Shown in pieces: positions 1 to 10,800 of a DNA stretch of 64,000 nucleotides. Source of the DNA: Owenia fusiformis (Eukaryota); the NCBI GenBank assembly GCA_903813345.2, contig CAIIXF020000001.1, positions 40,300,001 through 40,364,000 of the forward strand, written 5' to 3'. Made by a program: the position numbers and the translations under genes. Position 1 is the stretch's first letter, and the number at the start of each line of letters is the position of its first letter. Below the pieces are notes generated by a model, which did no database searches, had not been told where the DNA came from, and saw only the letters and a program-made list of their open reading frames with translations.

Positions 1-142
1 CGATGAATGGAGCAAGTATCAAAGACATATATTCCCAAATGGGGCTTCCTATTTTATGGGCAAATAAACAGCATGAGTGTCATATTATATGAATGAATTA
101 TAAAGCATGCACAATGCTAATATGTATTTTGATTTGTTCCAG

Positions 143-157
143 CAGTAGATCCAAGTC
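143..157 (+). CDS. candidate 15-nt microexon (x-V-D-P-S) upstream of Ig1 of the L1-like gene
   Basis: ttgttccag|CAGTAGATCCAAGTC|gtaagt; phase 1-1, in frame with exon 1750; TGCATG at 184-189 downstream. Confidence 0.6.
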
Positions 158-1749
158 GTAAGTCTAGTTATTATTAGAGTGATTGCATGTTGTTGTTTGT
201 TTGGTTTCATTTTAGTAGAATATTCACAATTTGTTAAATCTAGTTTCGTTTGTCACTTATTAGTGATTTTGTTAATACATGTTTGTTTTTAGAGCTATCA
301 GGTTTAGATAACTGATTGTATTATACTGCACTGTCATTCATGTACATTATGAATACACTTTTCCATATGTTATTGCACAATGGTCTCCCAATTTCTTATT
401 TTTGCCGTTCTACTGACGAAATGAAGCAGTGAAATGGACTCTAATTGAACTGTCTTGTATTATATAATACTGAACCACACTGTATTGTACTGTCCTATAA
501 TGTCCCATACTTTACTGTAATGTTGGCATACTTAATCTACTATAGATGTTCTTATCAATGCACCATCTTTCTCAACTTCTCACTGTTTTATTAGTTATTT
601 TAGTGGAGTTTGAAGCATTTAATACAAATGTGCATGTTTAGAGAAGTGGTAGGGAAGTGGAGGAGTTAAGCTTTATATCTACTTTTCTGATTGCTTATTT
701 CATTGTTAAGAATTGCAATGAAAAGAGAAAATATCGTTAGAAATGGCAAGAATGCACTTAAATTAAATATAAAATCCTACAACCCTTTAGAACTACAATA
801 TTAAGTAATGGCAGCATTTGTAAAACAGATACCCTTACTAAAGTCAATAGAAAGATGGTTCTTTATAAGAGATTGAGGAGATCATTTGATTGGATAATAA
901 ATTGATTGTTATTCAATCGATGAACCATCAAATGATTTATTGTTGACTAGGTTTGTTTTTGTGACAAATAAACTGCACTTGTTTTTTTCATTATATTGAA
1001 TCTCTAACCAGCACATTATTGTCTAAATCCTGTTTCACGAGTGAGTTTTAACATTTCAACCTTCTTTTATATATCACTCTGTTTTAGTTTTATATGTATG
1101 TAGCAGTCATACTCGTAGTGATTCACATTGTGGTGGTTTGTGGGCACCTTTACTAAAATGTGTCATTCTATAAATATTCATAAGATGTTAACAATACAAT
1201 GAGAAATATCCTGTAACAGCACTGTGGTTTAAAAGCTTAATGATCTACATCATATTTAAATGTTTTCCTGGCCACCGCTTGAACTGATTAAAATTGGCTA
1301 ATACAAGTATAGTGTATATAAAGGCAAGTGGAAAATATCAAAAAAAATAAAATCTTGCAATGACCAAGCATGAACACTTTTCTCCAATTGTGAAAATAAT
1401 TGAAAAAAGCTTGAATGGCTTAAAAGCCTTTGATAGTTCTGGTTCAAGTTTCTGCTTATTTTTCAGAGATTTTTGTTTTCCTGGCTTGGTCGGAATTCTA
1501 TTTTTCATGAAATTTATTTACTTTAAGACCCTGTTCTAACTGTTTGCTTAACATTATCATGGGACATTGAAATCACCCCCTTGTTCAAGTGGTGTAGGAG
1601 TTCAAACACGACACTCAATTAATTCCAAAGCATTATTTCCACTAATAAAATTCATGAACTATTATTTAATCTCACATCAGAAATTCATCAAAAAGCCTAA
1701 CAACGTTTCAGCTTTCTAACATTAAGTAAAAAATATTTTCTTTTTTCAG

Positions 1750-1873
1750 TCCGAAGACCTCCAAGCATTGAAGTGCAGCCAACTGAAAAATGGGGACAGA
1801 AACACATATACACGTATAGTCAAAATCTCCAAATAGAACTGCCTTGTTCTGCATCTGGAACGCCAAAACCAGA
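1750..1873 (+). CDS. L1-like exon, Ig1 N-half (RRPPSIEVQP...LPCSASGTPKPE)
   Basis: ttttttcag acceptor, ga|gtaagt donor, Ig B-strand Cys. Confidence 0.9.
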
Positions 1874-4800
1874 GTAAGTACATGTAAATGAACATGTAGT
1901 TTCCTGAAAATTCAATTTACTACATGCTCGTATTAATGTACTAAATATACATACTGATGAATTCAGATCCAAATTTAGCAGAGACGCATTAATTGAATTT
2001 TTAGCATAAACTTTTGTGCAGTGATTAGAGTGCATTGTAATAGAGTTTCGGGGACGGCTTATTCTAAGTTCCATCATTTAAATGATTTGATCATTTCAGG
2101 TATATATGGAAGAAGGATGGTGTAGAGATTGCAAGGTTGAAGGATGATGGAAAGTATTTAGTAACGCAGTTGAGAGAAAATAATGGACGTTACCAGTGTT
2201 TTGCGGAGAATCTTTATGGGACAGCTCTTTCTGATAGTATTGAGTTAGTTGTTGCAGGTAAGTTTTGCATTAATGCTATGTTGTATTCTATGTTGTAGTA
2301 AGGTACAATGATCACAACAACAGCATCCTCCGATCACAGGGCTTCACAATCCAGAATATATTCTTTCTTTTTACCCCCTGCAATAAGCAGTTAGCATTTC
2401 CCCGATTAAGAACTCGCAATCTGATTGGCAGAAATCATGTATAAGTCATTGCGCATAATTAGATCATGTGATTCAGTTTAATCGGGCACTTCCAAATTGG
2501 TTATAGCAGGGGGAAGAAGGAGGTACAGGTTCTGGATACCTGCTTAGGAGGATGCAACAACAGTAAAGCAAATTAATGCTACCTCACTGACAGCACTGTG
2601 CAATCTTTCAAATTAATGTTTAACAGAAACTATGATTTTAAGTTCATCTTCATCAAATGAACCATTTTAGTGATCTTTTGACTTTATAAGAGTAGATCAC
2701 TGGACACTCACTGGCCCTATGAATCAGTAGTATTTAAACAAGCATCCATCCTTTGGTCATATTAGGCAAAAACTCCTCCCCAAGTTTCATGTTAATAGTA
2801 TCATTAAAATTATACGTATCTTAGATAGCAATTTTATCCTATTTATGTTTCAGATATTGGCCCTTTCTCCGATGATCAGACAATTAGAAAGACAGTAAAA
2901 GAAGGTGAACCCTTGAAGTTACATTGCAATGGTCTGCCTGCTAGTGTACCTGATCCCAAAATAACATGGGCTGTATCTAAGGAAAGGGGAGATACATCTC
3001 CTATTACAATCCAAGTTGATAATCGCCTTTCTATTGATGATGAAGGTAAGTTCTTAATAACCATTTAAAACAGCCTTGATTCATCTACCACTCTTCAATT
3101 TAGAGGTAATGTTTCAATCGATTCGCCTAGAAATACATATCATTCATTTTACATTCAATGCTTTGTGAGAAGAAAAGCTATATACTTATTATTGAAATGG
3201 TCTTGATGAAAACCATATAAAATAAGTGAAGTCTAAGGGTTTTTATGTTATCTGCTTTCAGAGTTTGGCACATCAGCGCTGGATCGTTGATGTATTTGAC
3301 ATTTTGTCATGTTGATGCTTTTTTATTTTCTTAATATAGGAGCCCTCCACTTTGCTTACACCACAATGAGTGATAATAAATTCAATGATCAGATGGAACG
3401 AGGTCTGTATACATGTAATGCCTACAATGGCTTCCTGTTGGCATCGTACGGAGGGAGCTTCCACGAGTTGACAGTCAATATAAATGCTGCTGCAGTTGAC
3501 ACACCAGCAAAAATGGAATGGAGCACTCCAAGTCCTGTTACGGCACTTGTCACGAAGGAATTGGTTATCAAGTGTATTTGCATTGGCAAGTAAGTTGTAA
3601 ATTTATTCATCATTGTTACACTGGTAAATCCTTAATTCCTCATAAGTCAAAACAAAGTAGGATGTCCAGGGATGAGGCATTTTAGTATTGATTAAATAAC
3701 AATTCGTAATCTTTAAAACATAACTTTGATGTACATTTTAAAATAGGTTTTAATTTCGTAAGAAAGCTTGACCTATGGTATCAATTATAATGCTTAGACA
3801 ATATTAATTGAAGTTTTGCACAAAGCCCTTGTCTACCCTCATGTGGCTGTGTAATACAATGTAATACTTTGCAACCAAGTGAACTTTGATAATAAAATCT
3901 TTCATCCTTGCAGGCCGTCACCATCCGTGTCATGGGAGAGAGTTGGTAGCAGATTGCCTGGAGCACCAAGGCAGCTGGTAAGAGATAGTGGCAGGGAACT
4001 TGTGATTAGCCCAGTACAAGATGATGATGAGGGAGAGTATAGGTGCAGATGCACTAATGGTGTCAATGGCGGTAGTGCCCAGGAGAGAACAATAATGGTC
4101 AATGTTGAATGTAAGTAACAACCGTCATTTGCAAAGAATGTAAACATGGGAAAATCATGAGGAAAATCAGATTGATATTAGAAATAAGTGACTTTGTATT
4201 TTTTAAAAGTCTTTCGTTAGAAAGACTACAATGACTCTGTTAATAGGTACAGATTGGAAAAGCTATTAAGAAATGACTGAAATTAAGAAAAACAATGCAT
4301 ATAATTATTATATCAACATTTATCAAACAGTATTATCAATGGGAGGGGGCTCACAAAATTAACTCAAATAATAAGAGTTGGTAATGCTACTTTGAACTAT
4401 TGAAATGCACCCATAAAATGTATAGTAATACTAATAATTCCTTCAATACCAATTTACAGGAAAGTATTATGCAAATAATATAGTTCAAAACAAATTTCTT
4501 CGATGAATTTGTGCCTGGAATTTTTGTTCAATTCTTCTTTTGTCTATTTTAGCTGCAGCACAATGGGTAATTCAGCCTTTGAATAAGAATGCTACAGAAG
4601 CAAAGGCAGCAAGTTTCATATGTAGGGGAAGTGGGGAACCTGTCCCTACCATTCAGTGGCTTAAGAATGGACAGCCAATTGAAGGTATGATACAGTTCCA
4701 ATAACTGATTATAAATGTCAGTCTATGTCATTTGTAGTTTATGAAAATACAAAATGGCCATTCAAAAGATTGAATATTATAATCTGCAAAATTTTCATAA

Positions 4801-7800
4801 TTACACACCTAAGATAAAACTTAAATCCCAGGAGCTGCTCATTTAGAATTAAATTTTTTAATGAGAGGCTTTCATGAACTTGGATTTTATTTCAGCTATT
4901 AACGACAAGAGAGTAACTGTATCCCCAGATGGAACAAACCTGACAATAGCAGACCTTAAAAAAGCCACAGACTTGATGGTTGTCCAATGTAACATCTCAA
5001 ACATCCATGGATACGCATTCGGGGATGCATATCTCAATGTTCTTGGTAAGTCCATTATCTGTATAACATATGGTGGATACGCATAATTCTACACTAAGTA
5101 TGTTCAACTTTCCCATAATAGACTATTGTATTGGAACTAGATGTGGAACTAGAGTGCTGTTACAGTTAATGTTGCTATTGCAATATTGTAGTTACCAGAG
5201 CAACTTTTGATAAAAAAAACTGAAAGTGTTAGACTGTAGACATTGACTCACACAAACAATTTAGTGCAGTCAGAATGAGGGTTTGAGCGTGCGTTCAGAG
5301 GGATTTTATGGGACATATTTTTTTATGTTGCTTGTATGATTTTACATAATTTTATGGATTATTAGATCTTAGTTTTTCAGCTTTTAGATTTTGTGGCCAT
5401 TTTACCCCCCATGGGCTATAATTTGGACCCCTACTATAAAATTGGGCTAGAACTCCAAAAATACTCAGTAGAATGTTTCCAAATTGCTATGGTATATTGG
5501 TATAGGCTAACTAAATATATGATAACAATTTCAAGTCACATGGTTAAGTGGTTGCCATGTTAATGGATAAAACATACCCTTCGGGTGTCAATTTTCAGGC
5601 CAATTTTTCAGGAATGAAAGAGTCATTTCGTGCATATTTTGTCACCAGTCTGTTAGGAAGGGTTAAAATGTGAATAGAAAACTTTTGTAATGTGTCAGCA
5701 ACAATCTTATGTAAAGATCAGTCCACAGAATCTCAGATTTTGGCCTTATATGGGTCCATGATTTATACAGGGGCCTGTTTCACAGATTTGAACCCCCACA
5801 TTGGATGGATGCTATAACTTTTGAAATAAGGGAAATACAGTTCTCATTTTTTCAGATCTTCATAAATGACTGGTTTTAAGTGTTGTATTATACTTTGGGC
5901 GCTGGCATATGATTGGTTGCCATGGTAACCTGGGTTTTAGGGAAATTCTGACCCCCACATTGGATGGATGCTATAACTTTCGAAATAAGGGTGATACATG
6001 TCTCATTTTTTCAGATCTTAGACAATGATTGATTTTAAGTATACAATCAGACTTTGGGAGCTGAAACTTGATTGGTTACCATGGTAACTAGGGTTTTATT
6101 GAAATTTCTCCACAATTGATAAATGTTATAACTTTTAAATTCAAGCAGATACAGATATCAGCTTTTCAGAACTTAAAAAATAATACGACTTGTGTATTTT
6201 GTCAGACTTTGGAGGTTACAATTTACTTGGTTACCATGGTAACCATGTTTCATTGTCATGGAAACTTCATTTTTGATTTCAGATTTACCTTCATTTGAGA
6301 ATGGTCAATACACAACTTTGAACACAAAATTGCTCAAAATTATCATTTTACTCCTAATTTAGCATTTTTACATGTATATCTGACAGTATTGCCTCATTCC
6401 ATTCTACTAGTTCTCACACATATTCTACTAAGTTGTTTTTACTCATCATTTTAGCTATATTTGACCATTCTGGTATTAAGAATTCCTCGGGGAATTCATA
6501 GTTCATTCATGCAGTGTTTGGCTTGGTAGAGCTGGGTTTAGGCTGGTGGGAATGTTTCCATACACAGGTTTGATTATTCACCCTCTTCAAATATGAAAGA
6601 GTTGAAATGTCAACACCTTCATAAGTGAGGGCAGCACTGCTCTGTTTTTGAGAATACTAGTATCTCATGTGAAACAGCTCATCATAGTGGCAGTTATTTT
6701 TGTAATTCAGCTGTACTTTTGCAGGTGAACAATTTAACTTTGGATTTTATGGTCTCAGGAATTTCTATATTGTTTCCTATTGAAGAAAACAACTTTAAGA
6801 ATTGTTTGTCTTCAGTTTCAGTAGATTTATTTTTCTTTTGTTCAGATCCAGTAACGCGCGCATTGAAGGCTAATATAGCTTCACACAGTACGTCGTCCTA
6901 AGTTTGCAGCTACAGGGGTTTGGTTGGGCTTCTGACATCTAAAGGGACAGAGTTCACATAAGTTGGGGTTCTTAATGTTGTCTTCTTCATAATAGGAAAC
7001 AATATAGAAATTCTTGACACAATAAAATCCAAAGTTGGAATTGTTCACCTGCAAAAGTACAGCAGAATTACAAAAATACATTTTTTAACTGACATCAATA
7101 GTTATAGGATATCCTATGATTTTGAGGAATACCATTTTTATCTACGAGGTGATATTGATATCTGCACGAGAGAGCGAAGCGAACGAGTGCATATATCAAT
7201 ATCACCGAGTAGATTAAAATGATATTCTGAAAAAAATCATAGGATGTTCTTATTATCCTACACTTTCAAGGAGTGTACTAAATGTATAATATCATTGCAA
7301 AATGAATTTCATGCAAAACAGAGTCAATTTGGCGGGAAATCAACAAGCGGAGTATATCGTCACAATATCCTCCGCATATTGGGTTTTCCGGAGTATATCG
7401 TCACGATATCCTCCGCCCGGAGTATATCGTAACGATATCCTCCGCCCGGAGTATATCGTAACGATATCCTCCGGATATGCATTTTGCCCATAAATATCAA
7501 ATTTATTTTTTAATGTTATTATACATTTAGTACACTAAGTGTAGGATAAATTATGATATGAGCTGGTTCACATGAGATATTCTCCAAAACAGAACAGTAC
7601 TACCCTCTCTTATGAAGGTGTTGACATTTCAACTCTTCCTGTCTTTCAAGATTGGTCCTTGACTGCTTTCATAGCAGCTAATGTAATGCAATGAATTACT
7701 TTGGAGCCAATGATGAACTCTCCCACTACCTTTGAAGAGGGTGAATGACAAATCCTATATGTGGAAGTGGAAACATTCCCACCAGTCTCCCAGGGAGTTC

Positions 7801-10800
7801 ACTTTATATAAACCTTGAGGGGATCCTTGGCTCAGGTGGGGTACTTCAGACATTTGGTATGGCAATAGACCTAAATTTTAGGATCTGACATAAGAAATGA
7901 GAATGTCCTCCAAATTATGACTTGAGGTATGGCAATGGTCAGATTTTTACACTTACTGGTATGAGAATGGTCTTGGAAAATATGTTACCCCTCACTTGTA
8001 GTATGGCATATATCCTTAATATGAGGTATATGAGGTTGTTTTTGGGTTGTTTTCCTGAAAGATCTGCCTTCTTCTTGGGGCATTAGACATTTTGAATGCC
8101 CATGTTTTTATATCTGGATATTTGATATCACATTGATCCTATATTTGGGCATTTGGTATGGCTTTTGGGCATTAATTTGGTTGGTATGGGAATACATTCA
8201 AATTTGACAGATTGGTATGGGAACATATTGATATCTGAGGGTTCAGCCTAGGACCCCAGCCAAATTTTATATACAGTGAATCCCCAGGGACCAATCTTAA
8301 CCCATTCTGCCAAGCCCAATACTGCATGAATGTATGAAATCCCCTGAGGATCCTCCTCTCCAAAATGGTCAAAACAAGCCTTCATTCCAACAGAAACGGT
8401 TGATATTTAAATCAAAAGGCAATTGTGCAAAATGAAAAAGTAATGATGAGTACAAATGAACAAATTAGGAGTCAGAATATTTTTGAGAACTAGTGGTATG
8501 GAATGAGGCAATATTGTGAGACATAAATGTACATGTATTGTTGACTAGTATTTAATATTTTATGAGCCGAACAATTTTTGCATCTCTTGTTTTAATGAGT
8601 CATGAGCATGTAAATCATATAAAATAGAAAAAATCCCAAAATTATAAATTAAAATGGCAATTTGGTATTTCATATCATGTATTGACCTATCTAGAATGAA
8701 GGTGAATCTAAAAACAAAAATGACAGTTACCATGACAATGAAATATAGTGACCATGGCAACCAAGTAAATCCTAGCTTCCAAAGTCTAATACAATATACA
8801 CATTTTATTATTATTTTAGATCTGAAAATATTATACTTGTATCTGCCTGTATTTAAAAGTTATAGCATGCATCAATTGTGGGGATCTGAATTTCAACAAA
8901 ACCCTGGTTACCATGGTAACCAGTCTAATACAAGCTCCCAAAGTCTGAATCAATCCTTAAAATCAATCATTGTCTAAGACTTGAAAAAATGAGACACCTA
9001 TATCCCTTATTTTAAAAATTGTAACATCCATCCAATTTTGGGGTCCGAATTTCCATAAAACCCTGGTTACCGTAGCAACCAATCACATAACAGCTCCCAA
9101 AGTATGATACAATACTTAAAACCAGTCATTTATGAAGATCTGAAAAAATGAGACCTGTATTTCCCTTATTTCAAAAGTTATAGCATCCATCCAATGTGGG
9201 GGTTCGAATCTGTGAAATAGGCCCCTGTATAAATCATGGACCCATATAAGGCCAAAATCTGAGATCCTGTGGACTAATCTTTATATAAGATTGTTGGTGA
9301 TATATTATAGAAGTTTTCTATTCATATTTTAACCCTTCCTAACACAATGATGGTAAAATATGCATGAAATGACTCTATAATTTTTGAAAAAATGGCCTGA
9401 AAATCAACACCTGAAGGGTATGTTTTATCCGTTTTCATGGCAACCACTTCACCATGTGACTTGAAATTTTTATCATATATTCATTTAGCCTATACAAATA
9501 TATCTTAGTAATTTGGATACATTCTACTGAGTATTTTTGGAGTTCTAGCCCAATTTTATAGTAGGGGTCCAAATTATAGCCCATGGGGGGTAAAATGGCC
9601 ACAAAATCTAAAAGCTGAAAAACTAAGGTCTAATAATCCATTAAAATATGTAAAATCATACTAGCAACATGAAAAATTATGTCCCATAAAATCCCTCTGA
9701 ACGCACGCCCAAACCCTCATTCTGACTGCACTAATTGAGTATGGATTTGATGTATAAAACATCACTTTGGCATATTTTTAAATAACTAATTACAATTTTC
9801 AAGTGCCACTTGCCTCAAAATTATTTCACAAAGAAGAGTATGTATGAATAGCAGCAGAAGATGATATCAGTGTTGCACCTGATGATTTCAGTGTTACACC
9901 TGATGATTTCAGTGTTACACCTGATGATTTCAGTGTTACACCTGATGATTTCAGTGTTGCACCTGATGATTTCAATGTTACATCTGATGATTTCAATGTT
10001 ACACCTGATGTTATCAGTGTTACACCTGATGATTTCAGTGTTACATCTAATGGTTTCAGTGTTACACCTGATGATTTTAATGTTCCATCTGATGATTTCA
10101 ATGTTACATCTTGTGTTTTCAGTGTTACGCCTGATGATTTCAGTGTTACGCCTGATGATTTCAGTGTTACACCTGATGCTTTCGGTGTTACTCCTGATGA
10201 TTTCAGTGTAACACCTGATGGTTTTAATGTTCCATCTGATGATTTCAATGTTACATCTTGTGTTTTCAGTGTTTCACCTGGTGATTTCAATGTTATATTT
10301 GATTTTTTCAGAACCAACAGTGTTTGTTCTTCAACCAACCAATGTTCAGTTCACTAGAGTGCTGTTACAGTTAATGTTGCTATTGCATTATTGTAGTTAC
10401 CAGAGCAACTTGATGATTTCAGTGTTACACCTGATGATTTCAGTGTTACCCCTGATGATTTCAGTGTTACACCTGATGATTTTAATGTTCCATCTGATGA
10501 TTTCAATGTTACACCTGATGTTATCAGTGTTACACCTGATGATTTCAGTGTTACATCTGATGGTTTCAGTGTTACACCTGATGGTTTCAGTGTTACACCT
10601 GATGATTTTAATGTTCCATCTGATGATTTCAATGTTACATCTTGTGTTTTCAGTGTTACACCTGATGATTTCAGTGTTACATCTGATGGTTTCAGTGTTA
10701 CCCCTGATGATTTCAGTGTTACACCTGATTATTTTAATGTTCCATCTGATGATTTCAATGTTACACCTGATGTTATCAGTGTTACACCTGATGATTTCAG

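Larger units (their letters stand above)
5261..9734. mobile_element. ~4.5-kb foldback element with very long modular inverted arms and two nested insertions
   Basis: ttagtgcagtcagaatgaggg... at 5261 is the reverse complement of ...ccctcattctgactgcactaa at 9734. The arms pair inward to a ~170-bp centre (about 6800-6970) and carry internal ~165-bp subrepeats (cccccacattggatggatgctataac...catggtaac). TA at both ends. Confidence 0.88.

Noticed and set aside
1012..1040. Second possible microexon (ccag...cga|gtgagt)
   Set aside because: 29 nt, not frame-preserving, weak acceptor
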